Shown: piece after piece, positions 25,833 through 39,510 of the stretch
How the letters are laid out: each line of letters starts with the position of its first letter
Numbering within the stretch: the first letter of the stretch is position 1
Source of the DNA: Takakia lepidozioides
Lineage: Eukaryota; Plantae; Bryophyta
NCBI GenBank assembly: GCA_030704615.1
Contig: CM060734.1
Coordinates: 63,240,001-63,304,000, forward strand
Direction: 5' to 3'
DNA length: 64,000 nucleotides
The notes under the pieces: model-generated
What the model saw: the letters and a program-made list of their open reading frames with translations, nothing else
Database searches by the model: none
Told to the model about the DNA's origin: nothing
Translations under genes and position numbers: made by a program

Positions 25833-28800
25833 CTATTGAAGAGCTGCAGCACTGGAGGTAGGGGCTATAGTAGTCTGGGAGGACACTCCTACGTTTGGAG
25901 TTTTCAATGCAGTGGTGCATGAGGCAATCCCTACAGGGGCATCTGGCACCTGATGAGGAGGTATTGAGACTAGCCGTGCCAGTCGTGGGGCTTCATTGCC
26001 AGGCTGGCCCTGCTGCTGCATGGACGTGGCTGCATAAATCTCTGCTCGAGCCACCTCCGTTGCGAACTGGCTTGCTGTCAAGAGTAGCACAAACCTTATT
26101 ACAAGTCTCCAAACTGTGCTTTGCAAGTAAACAACATGATATGATCTGCATTAGGACCACTAAGGTAGCAAGACTGACCCAAATTGGACGAAACAGTGTG
26201 CCATTTAACAGCAATACCGACACGCACCTCGTCGCTTCCCGACTGAGATAATCCTGCGAAGACAGTCCCGAAACTCCAACAGAATAACGCGCTCTTGTTG
26301 GGCGTACAGCTGTGCTCTATGCGATGAGTTTGAATTGCTAAACTCCCCTGAACAAGGTCCTCCTGACGGAGAAGGAGGAGCTGTGAACAGAGGGTCCTTT
26401 TCATCACACATCAATGCCAGCGTTCCTGGAGACATTTCTCTCTGTTGAAACGCATTATCAGCCTCCACTTCATCAGCACCAGTAGCTGAGGGCACTCGGT
26501 CGAGGGACGCTGTATCTCCTCTCTGTTCATCTCTCCTTCCATATGATTTTGGCTCGTTGCTTTCTTCCTCCCTCCCAGTTGTTGGAATAGGCTCCTTCGA
26601 CCTCATACTGGCTGCACTCTCTGCTCCTGCTCGGGCCATAGTATATGGTAGCGCGTGCTCAGCTGTCACTCACAAACAGCAGATGTGAATCTACTCAGCA
26701 CATAAACGCTCCCTCTTCTTGAAATGGAGCCAGGAGGTCTAAGATAGTAGCATAAAACTTAGCAAAGTACCTCAAAAGTCACAGAAACATGTGCACAAAT
26801 GTAAAAGCAAGAGTATACCAAGGAAAGCTTTCTGAGCCTCAGCGGAGACAATCACAAGAAGTTTGCATAGTTCCTGGATGGCATCAGATTGGACAACTCC
26901 TTCAAGCAATGACCTGTATCCACACCATTCTCAAGAAATAAGTTTGAAAGAGATGGAAACAAAACAAGATTCCACCCCCTGGCGACATACTCATTGTGAC
27001 ACAAGATCACTCAGATTGAGTGGTACCACACAGATATGGTAAATGCAGAAGGCAAAATCGAATGGTAAAGCAACGTACCTGTGCACGATTTTAACAGATG
27101 GGGTTACCGATGATCCTCCCGGCACTGGGGGCATAGCTGTAACTGGTGCATTCACTGTGGTGCAGACACTTGTTGCCATATTTGGCTATGAAACACCCAG
27201 AACCAAACTCCAACATCTCAGGGAAAACCACAAGTGATCCTCAGTTTCAAGCAGGTTCTCTAGCATTCTTTATAGCTGAAGTTTCTTCAGCAATGCTGGT
27301 TGATAGCCCTTGCACTCCAATTGAACATGAATAGCATCAACTAGGAGAGGCTGACTGTATTCTTGCCGCACTCATGGTAGATTATCAAATCCCGTCATAG
27401 AACATAGATACCCAGCTGTTGGTGACATCATGCACACCATAAACTTCTTAACCAAAGCTGGCATGAGAAAGGCACCTGCATTTGCAGAGAGGGGGTTCTG
27501 CGGGGCAGCCCTTGCTCCTTCAAACCAGGCCCAGCAAAAATAAGCTCGTGCGTTCTCCGTTTTTTCATGGGAGGAGAAGGAGACAAGTAACCTGGTCCAG
27601 AGGGCCCAGCCCCATTGACTGGCATGTGCTGCATATAATTCACACCTACGGGGTGTTCACCGTGAAAAAGCGCTCTTCTCTCCTCACTCCCTTCAAAATT
27701 TTTACAGTCAACACATTTGCAGTTATCTGAGCAAAGGATGTTAGCTTGGAAACACTCGCAATACTTCTTCAAGCACCCTGACTTTTTGCAATGACACCCT
27801 TTGTTGTGTTTTCCAGCCAGTGGTTGCTCTCCAATGTCCTCCTGTACAAAATACACAAACAAATTAAGTTTCATTAAGTGCCTACCACTGCTGAAAAATT
27901 TCAGTGCAAGACGTTCCAGTATGAATTGACTGCCGATAATTTAAGATAATGCTCAATCAACCCTGTAAGTGGTATGTGTGAGTATATGGAGATTTCAGCT
28001 GAGTTCTCTCTCTCTTTCTCTCTCTCTCGCCCTTTTGGGGCCTAGTTATTGGGCAAACCACACACAGCAGGTTGATGCTTGTGTTAAGGGATTCCTAGAG
28101 GATATCTGGAAAACCCGGATCAGTTGTTTATTCCAAGGTAAGTCTTACTACCGGCATCAGCCCCTGACAAAGGTGGGTTCTGTCCCTTTGTGTTCCGCTC
28201 AAACTGGGAGCGGGGTTAATGGCCACAAGGCTGCGGCAAACAACGTCCTATTAGTACATTCTCTCTCTCTCTCTCTCTCTCTCAGTTAGGCAGGAAACTT
28301 CCCTGAACTTGTCTCCAGTCTGTGAGATGGGTGAGGCCATCATGGATGACGTTAAAGGTTTACCCAATCTCGGCACTAGACTGAAATTTAAATTCAGGGC
28401 GGGAAACCTACCTTTGAACAGCAAACAGACGGTGACAGGAAAGGGTGATTGCAAATACCCGTTGTGTGGGCAACCTGAAGACAGTATCCACTTTCTGATT
28501 CATTGTCCTGGGGAATCTCACCAGAGAGTCACCCTCTTCAATTCCGTCAAGGGAATTGTTCCTGTACCTCTGTTTACCCGCTTTGAAAATCTCGAGGCTT
28601 AGCCAAAAGCTCAGGCCCTTTTGGGGTCTAGTTATTGGGCAAATCACACACCACAGATTGATGTTTCTGTGAAGGGATTTCTAGAAGATATCTGGAAAAC
28701 TGGGCTCAACTGTCTATTTCAAGGCAAGTCAAAATACCGGCGTCAGCCTCTGACAAAGGTAGTTTCCGTCCCTTTGTGTTCCGCTCAAACTGGGCGCAGG

Positions 28801-31039
28801 GTCAATGGCCACGAGGCTACGGCAAACAATGCTATATGAGACATTCTCTTTCTCTCTCTCTCTCCACTTTCTGATTCATTGTCCTGGGTGCTCTCACCAG
28901 AGAGACGCCCTCTTCAAATCCATCAAGGGAATTGTTCCTGTACCTCTGTTTACCAACTTTGAAAATCTCGAGGCTGAGCTAAAAGCCCAGGCTCTTTTTT
29001 GGGGTCTAGTTATTGGGCAAATCACACACAGCATATTTACGTTTTGTGAAGGGGTTTCTAGAGGATATCTGGAAAACTCAGATCAATTGTCCGTTTCAAG
29101 GTAAGTCATACTACCTGCGTCAGCCCCTGAAATGTTTTTGGCCATAGCCTTTTCAGGGGCAGAAACATTATGTTCCACCCAAAATGGGCGAAGGGCACGT
29201 GGCCATAAGGCTACGGAAAAAAAAGTCTTAAGAATACATTTTTTCTACACATTATTAGTTAGTTCCATCCAAACTGGGCATGGGGTCGATGGCCACAATG
29301 CTACAGCAAACAACATCTTATGAGCACATTCCATACTTTAGTTACCCAGACTGGAACTCAACAAAAGAAAACCAGCCATATGAAAGGAAGTCTTACCCGG
29401 ATATCTCGTAGACTGGGACTACTGAATATTTTAGGACGGAAGGCATTGGGATTGCGTTCAAGGGTGGCTTCAACTGCTTCTTGTCTGACTGATTCATTCT
29501 CAACATTGTTGCAACAGTTGACACAGTTGCATCCATCACAGTATGTGCCTGAAGCAAAACACTCGCAATACCTGCAGCACCCAGGAAAGGTTGAAGGAAA
29601 GGTTGCTTGCAGCAAATGTTCCTGCCCTTGGACACTGTGCGGAGTCCATGACCCTGTCCAATCCAAAGAGAGTGGGAGACATATCAAAACAATTATAGCC
29701 TAATGAAGAGGATGTGTACTCACAGTTTCAAACACCGTGAATTTTTGCAATTGCATTGCTTGCACTTTTTGGGCGTTCCATCCTTTGCATCAAATGCTGA
29801 CCTTGACCTTCCTGCCCTTGGAGATGCATGCTTCCTAATTTGACCAACCAACCTCTAGTTAGTCCTCTGCAACAAATGATGAAATGCCTAAACACAAGGC
29901 AGGGAATCAATTGTGCTCAGTGTAACATTTTTGGACCATATTGCAAGCACCTGCTTGGTTGGTTGCCTTAATATTTCACCCTACATACAGTGCAATCCAG
30001 AGAAGGATACAAATACAGTCACAGAAAGGATGCCCCCCTAGGTACCAATAGCAGGGAAGGGTGCCCCCATATGTAGCCAACCAAGATGAATAAATGATAC
30101 TTTGTCCTGGATATTTCACAAGCGACTTTGCCAGGCCTCTACGCAAACAAGCTGTGGAAGTCCAAGGAGAAGTCCAGACTCAACAAGCAGTTCATCCCCA
30201 TATTGAAGTTGGTGTCATCTGGCAGAAGCTGAAACGACCCAAAGGTTCCAATATCAGAAACACAGAGGTCTTAACCCCCAATAATGAAAGTTTTGTGTAC
30301 CATACAAGGAAAGCTGTATTGACCACATGGGACCATCTGACCACCATACATGGATGTGAAGTCGAGCTGCCGGGGAACAGGTTTCCTTGCAGGGTGTTCT
30401 CCTTGCAGAGCCTGCCCAAGTCCTGTGCCAGATATAGAGGCTGGTGAATGGTCCAGATCCATTGGTCGAAGGGCAACTCTGCAATCCCATGTAGAACACC
30501 ATTTTGTCAGTATGCAGTCAAAGAAGACCTGGAGGTGATATGAAGAAATTTAGGAAGGTCACATGCCTCTCCCTAACATAGCAGGTGGTTTGTTCATCAT
30601 TGGCGATTTGAGACCTCTTTCAGTCTAACACATCCAGGGTCTTGCTATATTCAGCAAATTAGGGTGTGATCGACCTTACCCTCCCCTTTGATCGCTTTAA
30701 GTATTTTGGCTGGGGGAAAGACATACTCTCTCCTAAGTGTCTTTGCTGAGAACAGACCTTGGCAAAGCAGAAGATGGTGGTGCAAATCCCAGAGACACGG
30801 ATTGCTGGGCACCATTTGAAGCCCCTGCCGCAGCACTTGATCCTGCTGAAGTCCCTACCAGAGCAAATTCAGAACAGCCAATAGCGGTGAGCGTTGTTGA
30901 CTGAGGAGTTCAATTCGACCAAAATGGAGAAGCTTGGGAAGAGTAGACAAGAGCAAAAGATACCTTGCACAGCAGAGCCTGTATCCGTCACTCGAATCTG
31001 ATCTGATTTCTCTCCCACCAACTTTTGATTGTCGACCAT
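25833..31039 (-). CDS. Tesmin/TSO1-like CXC (CPP/TCX, LIN54-like DREAM subunit) protein, multi-exon
   Basis: Exons 31039-30964, 30842-30758, 30478-30301 (RQLDFT motif), 30138-30101, ~29836-29725 ([13 protein letters not shown]), ~29571-29398 (YCECFASG...[10 protein letters not shown]), ~27842-27476 ([21 protein letters not shown]), then further exons including [12 protein letters not shown] and [17 protein letters not shown] to the stop at 25833. Phases of the first five exons checked. Confidence 0.9.
28004..29335 (+). mobile_element. Four head-to-tail 5'-truncated non-LTR retroelement 3' ends with (TC)n tails, inside a TCX intron
   Basis: Copies ~28029-28284, 28285-28864, 28865-29250, 29262-29335 share GGCCACAAGGCTACGGCAAACAA...TACATT(CT)n. 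The longest encodes [12 protein letters not shown]...[17 protein letters not shown], like a LINE ORF2 C-terminal zinc finger. Confidence 0.8.
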
Positions 31040-31096
31040 GCTGCTCGGATTGGCTGACGTCTACATATAAATGGCTGTAAGCAAAGCTCGGAAGGA

Positions 31097-31159
31097 TTCA
31101 AATCGTATTGGGTCGGCTTACACCAGAATCAGAACTCGACAGCAAGCCTTGCCGGGAAA
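31097..31159 (-). promoter_or_regulatory. Candidate E2F (TTTCCCGG) and CHR (TTTGAA) elements upstream of the TCX start codon
   Basis: Minus-strand TTTCCCGG at 31159-31152 and TTTGAA at 31102-31097, with CCAAT boxes nearby. Short motifs, TSS unknown. Confidence 0.25.
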
Positions 31160-32721
31160 GCAGGCTTTGGGTGTTTGTAACAGAAGATTTTCTTTATGAC
31201 TTGGAGGATCGAAACAGATCACCACAGAAAACGATAGAGTAATTAAAATAAACCAACAGAGGTCACTTGTGAGGGCTCGGGGTGGCTTCAAACAAGGTTT
31301 TTGGGCGGATAACTTGATGAGATGTCAAGGCAAGATGAAGACAACATGGGGAGAGGACGGAAACTTGAAAGAGAAACGAGTAGACATCGGTATCCAAGGG
31401 ACCGAGCGAGGGAGCTTATCGATCAAGTGGGAATCAGAGAGAAATTCTACGATCAAGCTCCAGGGTACAGAAACTCATGTCCCGGGATGACATTGGAGAA
31501 ACTGAATACATTCTCCAACAAACACTATTGAAGTGTGGACACAACAGCATAGGGGGTACCAGAAAGGTTGAACAAAGAGACATACAAACACGCCAGTCCG
31601 AAGAACCACATAGACACGTAAGACACAAATTTAAGGCGAGACCGAAGAAAGAGAGACGCGGAGATTGGGAACAGTAAGAAGTGATAGAGAGGTAATGGGA
31701 GCGATGTGTGGGAAAGCACACACATAGCGTGCATCCACCATCGCTGCAAGCAGGCTGGCTTGCCCTAACTCAGTAGCCCCGCCCTGCGCTCACACAAGAG
31801 TCAAGATTTTAAACAAAACAAAACAAAGGAATCACGCCAACATTCAAAGTTGCCACGCCTTCACCCGCTCCCCCACACCGCCATCGTCCTCGTTCCTAAC
31901 GTTACCACGGCCATGGCATCGACGGAGACCGTTTTCGGACGAATGTCTCTGGACGAGGTTCGAGGCTCAACGTCTAAAGATTCGTTCAGTTTCTGTGGTT
32001 TAAGAAAGGAGATAGGGGCCCAAACTGAAGTGAGCAGCGAAGGCAGAGAATGCACGCTCAAGCTCTAGAAAGGGAAGACGACTGCTACATACATGGTTGG
32101 ACTTCTATGATCTCCCGGAGTGGCCTGCTCCTCTCCCCTTTGAGGAAGCCACGCTTTATGCAATTTGAGTTTTTTGCACAATTATAGAGGAGGTGAGTCC
32201 AGCTCCTCCAGATGACTTCTTTCAGAGGACTACCAACTTGCGATGGTTTTTGGTGGCTCCTTTAGTTCTCCTCCAGTTTGACCCAGGAGAGTGGATTTGG
32301 AAAAAAGAAGAATAAGAGGGGAAACAATATGAGTCGGCCGGGAACTTCGTCTTCTCTGATGAGAGGTCACAGGACTTGGCCCTTTTTTGCTTTGCTCCAT
32401 CTCACCAAGACATTGGATACTTTCCAAGCTCTGTCTCAATCATATGTACCTACAACAAAATTGGGTCTCATTCTCCCTCAACCTCCCTTCTTCATCTGCT
32501 TCCCGACATTTGTCTCAAGTTATGATGACATGCCATCAACTTCTCCTTCCTAAATCGAATACTCCGGGAATAGAGGCTCGAGATTTTGCGGCGTTTTCAA
32601 TCCATATGTGAGAGCAGCATTGATTTCGGCTCACATTCATGATGTTGCCACGAGGCGAACTACAAGGTGTGGCTTAATGTACGATGTGAAGAAGTTTGTC
32701 CATCCTGCAAATGTGCGCTCA

Positions 32722-35700
32722 TCTGTTTTTGGGTACTTTCCTGTTGCCACTTGGCAGTAGCATGTCAGAATCAGTCCAAAGCACAGTAGATCGACCCAAC
32801 GAGTTTCCTCGCAGAATTCAACATAACAACTTATGGACGATTCTAATACGAGGAAAAAGCAGGCTGAAAGAAGAAGCTGCCCTCACCACATTGTCCTTGA
32901 ACTTGTGTCATGACCCATGGAGGATTCAACTGACCATGAACACAAAAGGACCTCTTGTTGCTTCTAGTGTCTGTAGTCAGGTGATCTCGGATTGGTCTGT
33001 GAGAACCACCTTGGTGCAGCTGAGCAGCCATAGATTGAAACACCTCCTCCTAAGACCAAGTACCTTGTAAACACCAGGAAATTAGAAATTATGATATTTT
33101 CCTGACCCCAGCCAATGGTGGGACCATCAACACAAAAAGGTGAATGCCTGTAAGATACAGAGAGATGCAGATAACAAGATGCACTGCAGAGCTTTGTTGG
33201 AAATTGTTATACTCTCTCTCCCAAGCGCATTTTTAAACTCTTGGGAACTACTGTGCGATGGTAGAGTTTGGGTGTTTGCTAGAACAAATGTAGGCTGGCA
33301 TTGTCAGCTGGTAGCAGCAAGAGGAGGATCTATATATGACTGGTGCATAGGCAGGGATAGCTGAAGGAGCAGGGATAGAGTGTGGGTCCAGATTCATCCA
33401 AGTGGACTGGATTTCAGGCACAAGATTACCTATGATTTCCTGTGGATTGATAGCTACAAGAAACCTGTATGGGTAGATGGTCAACTGGAAGCAGCAGCGG
33501 AAGCGGTGCCACTATCGATAAAGTCAGGCACTGCTGATGCAGGCACCTTTTTCAACACATTTCAGCCTGTTTTTCCCTCTTATCAGAATCGTCCCTAAAT
33601 TTTTGTGTTGAATTGTTCGAGTTAGCTTGGTGAGTGAGTGATTTTGACATGTTACTGCCTATGTGGCAACAGGAAAGTATCCGAAAACAGATAACAGAGA
33701 GGAGGAGAAGCTTGGAATGAATATCTTTCCAAGCCCAGTCAATGGTGGGACAATCGAAGCAAAAAGGTGCTCTGTGAGGCAGGGCGACTGAAAGAGGCTC
33801 TACAGACGTTAAACCAAGGAGGCATTTCAGCAGATTCAGATATGTCTGTCTCTTGCGTAAGTGCATCAAGATGAAAGGAAAGCTGGAAAGCAGGTGCATG
33901 CTCACACATTTTTCTACAAAACACCCTTACCGACATGTATGTTAAATGTGGAAGCATCGAGGATGCTCACCAAGTGTCTAATAGAATGCCTGAACGAGGT
34001 TTGATCACGTGGAATATAATGATGGCAGGATTTACCAAGCATGGGTGTGGTAGGAATGCTTTGGAGACATGAGCAAATGATGCGGGAAGGGGTGAAGCCC
34101 AATCGGGTCACGTTCATTTGCATCTGCAATGCATGTGCGAGCCTGGCAGCCCTGGAAAAGGGCAAAGAGGTCCATGGTGACATCGTCAACGCAGGAATTG
34201 TACTAGATGTTGTTCTGAACACTGCTCTGATGAACATGTATGGCAAATGTGGAAGCATCAAGGATGCAAAGGGACTGTTCGACAATATGGCTGAACGAAA
34301 TGTGGTGTCGTGGAACGCGATGATTGCAGGATATGCACAGCAGGGGCGCGGGATGGAGGCTTTGGAGACCTATGAGCAAATGATGCGGGAAGGGGTGCAG
34401 CCCAACCACATTACGTTTGTTTGCGTTTGCAATGCGTGTGCAAGCCTAGGATCCCTGGAAAAGGGCAAAGAGGTCCATGGTGACATCGACAAAGCTGGAA
34501 TTGTACCAAATGTCATCCTGAACACGGCCCTGGTGGACATGTATGCCAAATGCCATAGCATTGAAGACGCAAAGAGGTGTTTGATTATATGGCTGGTGTC
34601 ATGGAACGCGATGATTGCAGGATATGCACAGCAGGGGTGTGGGATGGAGGCATTGGAGATCTATGAGCAAATGATGCGGGAAGGAGTGAAGCCCAACCAC
34701 GTCACATTTTTTTGCATTTGCATTGCATGTGCGAGCCTGGCAGCCCTGGAAAAGGGCATAGTTGTCCATGGTGACATTGTCAAAGCTGGAATTGTACCAA
34801 ATGTGATTCTGAACAATACCCTCGTGGACATGTATGCCAAATGTGGGTGCATTGAGGATGCAAAGGGAGTGTTCGACAATATGGCTGAATGAGATGTGGT
34901 GTCTTGGAGCGTGATGATTGCAGCACAGCAGAGGCGCGGGTTGGAGGCTTTGGAAGCCTATGATCAAATGATGCAGGAAGGAGTGAAGCCCGACCACATC
35001 ACATTTGTTTGCGTTTGCAATGCGTGTGCGAGCCTGGCAGCCTTGGAAAAGGGCAAAGAGGTCCATGGTGACATTGTCAAAGCTGGAATTGTACCAGATG
35101 TTGTTCTGAACACGGCCCTGGTGGACATGTATGCCAAATGCCATAGCACTGAAGATGCAAAGGGAGTGTTCGACAATATGGCCGAACAAGATGTGGTGTC
35201 TTGGAATGTGATGATTGCAGGATATGCACAGCAGGGGCGTGGGATGGAGGCTTTGGAGACATATGAGCAAATGATGCGGGAAGGAGTGAAGCCCCACCAC
35301 ATCACGTCTGTTTGCGTTTGCAATGCGTGCAAAGAGGTCCATGATGACATTGTCAAAGCTGGAATTGTACCAGATGTCATTCTTAACAATACCCTTGTGG
35401 ACATGTATGCCAAATGCGGGTGCATCGAGGATGCAAAGGGAGTGTTTGACAATATGGCCGAACGAGATGTGGTGTCCTGGAACGCGATGATCGCAGGATA
35501 TGCCCAACATGGTTGTCATAGGGAGGCCCTGCAACTATTTGAAGGAATGCAAAAGGAAGGCTTGAAACCAGACAGCATCGCCTTTACATGTGTTCTCTCT
35601 GCATGCAGCCATGCTGGCCTACTGGATGAAGGAAGATCCTACTTTGATTCCCTGCGTCGAGATCATGGTGTCACTCCGACAGTGAAGCACTTTGGCTGCA

Positions 35701-36383
35701 TGGTGGACCTTCTTGGATGTGCAGGGCAATTGGATGAGGCAGAGGACCTCATTAATAAAATGCCAATCAAACCAGATGCTGCAGTGTGGAAGGCCTTGCT
35801 AGGTGCCTGCAGAATCCATGGCAATGTGGAGATGGCTGAATGTGCGGCAATATCTATTCTCAAGTGGAATGAACAGGATGCCGCAACTTATGTGTTGCTA
35901 TCAAACATCTATGCCGCAGCTGGCAGGTGGGACGATAGTGCAAAGGTGAGAATAATGATGACGGTCAGAGGGGTTAGAAACGACCTGCTGCATTGAGGTT
36001 GGCAACCGGGTGCACACCTTTGTTGTAGACGACAAATTGCATCCCAAAATTAAGGAAATCCATGCTGAGCTGAGAAGTTGTCTGGGCAGATGAAGGAGGC
36101 AGGATATGTGCCTGACACGCGCTTTGTATTGCACGATGTGGGGGAGGAGCAAAAAGAATTTTCTCTTTGCCACCACAGTAAGAAGCTGGCCATTGGTTTT
36201 GGGCTGATCAGTACATTCCCTAGGACGCCTCTCCGTCTCATTAAGAATCTCCGGGTGTGTGGTGACTGCCACACCTCCACCAGGTTCATCTCAAAGATTG
36301 TTTGCCGAGTGATTGTTGTACGGGATGCTAACCGCTTTCACCACTCCGAAGATGGGGTTTGTTCTTGTGGGGATTACTGGTGA
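32722..36383 (+). pseudogene. PDF-motif/PLS-PPR-DYW pseudogene (copy B, 7 PLS triplets)
   Basis: PDF half-exons (FPDPSQWWDHQHKK; IHPSGLDFRHKITYDFLWIDSYKKPVWVDGQL; KPSQWWDNRSKK) precede a PLS array, E1/E2 and a DYW domain ending CSCGDYW. Frameshifts, TGA at 34890, and catalytic HSE changed to HSK. Confidence 0.9.
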
Positions 36384-39300
36384 AATGATGTTTTTGTGGA
36401 AAGATGCAAGTGACTTGCTTCATGCATTGATCTGTGCAGCAGCTACTCAGTTCATCCACCATTTCCTGAGAATTCTGACCATGATGTACTGTTGAGGGCA
36501 TTTTCTGTGGCATGGTAGTGGGTCTACCCAGCATAGGTGGGAAGTCAGCCCATACTTGTACTTGACGGGAGCAGGTAATGAGTGAAGGGGGAAGTTTGAC
36601 TGACTCCGGTGATAGTGGAAGAAATTAGAGTGCTGTCCTAATTCTGGTGTGGGTGGGGGAGCTTGTCCAGTGAATGCGATTCAAAACAAGCTTGATCAGA
36701 GGGGCAGCCCGCACAAGTTTGTCCAGCATCTTAAGTTTAGACATGTTTGATTGTTTCTTGCGGTGCTGCTTCAGATAGAGCTCTTGACTAACTCGCATGA
36801 ATGTTGTCAAAAGCTAGCCTTAACTTACTTCGTGAATTGGATTTGCATGACTCCCTCACACTGTAACATCGGTTTTTGCATGTTGGAGTTCAAGGTCGGG
36901 GTGGATTCCACCTGCTTACCTACAGTTCGAGACCAGCATGGATGAATCAATCCTGCATTTTTCATGCAACAATTGGCAATACTGTCAGTCTCCCAGGAAG
37001 CAGGTGCCGATCGCTGGCATGACTCCCAGTGTTCTCAAACAACCGAAAGCCCTCCTTGATACTCCTATATATCAAGGACCAATGACAAGGTATAAGTATC
37101 AGCAAGCATAGTAGGGTGGGTGCACAAATCAGAATGGGGCCTGACCCCACATGAACCTTGGCGGGCATGTCTCTCTCTCGCTGGTCTAGGAATTCTCCCT
37201 GTCCAAATACAATATTATCGATGAGAAATACCTCCTTGTAGATGCGGCCATGTTGGACTATGAGGCTTGGAGCCTGTAATATCTCCTGCCTAATTGGGAC
37301 CCTTCTCCTTTATTTGCTACGTGGGATATCTGCGTCATGGACACTTTTTTGGATACTTTTTGACTCGTCTTCTTTGGTGATCGGGCGGTGGTTTGTGGAT
37401 GTGATTTAAGGCCTGGCATTCTTCGCTAAGAAAAGCCAACCCACTGGAAATTTCTGCAGCTCATGCCATCTGGGCAAAGGCTTGAGGAGGTTCCCTCGAG
37501 CTAGATAGGCTCTACGGGCAGTTAGTTGCGAGGCATCCACAGCAAGCAAGCGTGGGTTCGTACCAGCCCAAGTACAGCCCTTGAATCAATCAAGGATATC
37601 ATTGACCACAGACTAGGCTTGCAGCTCTCCACCAGAGAGTGACGCTTGGTTTATTACGGGGAGGTTCCTTCTCCTGGGCACAGCTCGGTATCTGCGAGCC
37701 CCGACACTCTGAGGTTGCCTGAACGCTCACTCAACCAGGTGAAGGCATCAACAATATCTGGAGAGCCAATTTACACGAGGCCCTGGCACCCTCTTACAAC
37801 GAGGCATCCATCAAATATCAAGTTGGTGGTTAAGCTCTTTAGAGCTCATGATGAGCCCATAAATTACACCATGCCTGATAGAACCTACAAACCTGGTGAA
37901 CGGGTGTGGAAATACTACACAGAGCTTAAAAATACAGTTTGCAAGGCCATTCCTATACCTTCTCAACGAGCAGCTGTTCTGAAAACTTCAGAAGCACCCA
38001 TATAAAGATGAGCAGCAAATCGTAGAAATGATTGATGAGAGGATGCGTTTGAAAGTAGCATCTAAAGCTTCACCATAGGTGCCAGCTGCTCATGCTACAT
38101 TATTTCATGGGGGACATATTTTGGGGAGGATTGAGAAAGGGGGTGGTTTGTGTTACTGCGGTTGGAGAAAGTATTGCGAATCAAAGCGGGCTCCAAGTTG
38201 ACATCACTGGTTGTCAATGTCATGGTTTTAGTCATGGTTATCTAGAATTACCTACTTCTAGTTAACTAGGACAATTTAGATATTTATATTTATATTTTGT
38301 GTGTTGGGATGTCATTGGGCCTCACATGCCAAGTGAGGTGTCGAGCCTCACTTGGGACATGGGGATAGGTTTTCCCCTTGTGAGGATGGAGGAGGCTCAT
38401 CTTCTTGTAGTTGAGCCTCCATGAGCTTCTCTCACCTCCATAGTTCTTGGTATTGAGAGGGAGTGTGTTGAGGGCTTTGTAGGGTGGATTCCCTTAGCAA
38501 GGGTGCCCTTGGCTTGACTTAGTTTATGTGACTAAAGGCTTGTTAATGCTCATTTCACTATCAAGCTAGGGTTAAGCAAGTTCAAAGTATGGATGTTGTG
38601 GAAGAGAAGCCAAGGAGCTACATATGTTTGGGCAAGCACTTGGATAGCACTAAGAAGCTCAAAATGTTTAGAAGGAGAGCATGTGAAGAAATCTTCCAAT
38701 CATGGTGGTGTGGAGCCAAGCTTAGGGCGCCATTGGAAGGGCTTGGAGAACATATGGTGGGAAATCCTTGAAGGGAAATCATCATTCAATGTATGCATAG
38801 CTTCACCCTAACTATGTAATGTGACAAGAGGAAGAGGCAATACTTGGCTATTCATGCTCTTGGTGGTGCGAGCTTTGTGGTGGATAGTTGACTAAGCAAG
38901 TGGTGCATGTGTGGAGCATGCTCTCTTGAGTTTGTAAGTTCAAGTTTGAGAAGGGAAGCTCTTGAACAAGCAAGAGGTGAAGGCCTTGAGATCCATTTGT
39001 GTGTGAAATGGAGAGGTGTTGATTCATGTTAGGATGAAGGAGAGCAACACATAGGCCAAGAGGTCATGGAACATGCATTCAAATGACCAAGGGAAGCACA
39101 TGGATGATGGATTGGTGCAAGACCCCAAATGAAGCATATGACGTAAGAGTGGGATCCAAGGCAGATTGCTTGGAAGCATTATTGTAAGTGACAAGCATTG
39201 CTCCTACACATTTGAGATAATTTGTGTTGATTTGGAGCAATTGTCAAGTAATGAGGAGACAAATGCATGATTGTTCGGCAATGGAGATATGATAGTTTGC

Positions 39301-39510
39301 AATCAAAATCCCAAGGACTAGAAGGGGGATTGATTTGGTGGACAATGACTTGCAAGTTGAGTTAGACCACTCTTTGTTGCACATTGGGGTGGAAGAGAGC
39401 AAGAAGATGTCTCTTATGACCACCTAGAGACCATATTTTTGTTTGAGTAGAAGCATAGAAGTCAAGGATTTGCATTCTAGCTCTTCATTATAAACCCTAG
39501 TAGTGTATGC

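Noticed and set aside
34599-35534. Long antisense ORFs over the PPR arrays (also 52015-52617, 58878-59555)
   Set aside because: Shadow frames of repetitive PPR coding sequence.
37646-38005. 119-aa ORF upstream of the LTR
   Set aside because: Probably part of an old TE, but no diagnostic motif is recognisable.
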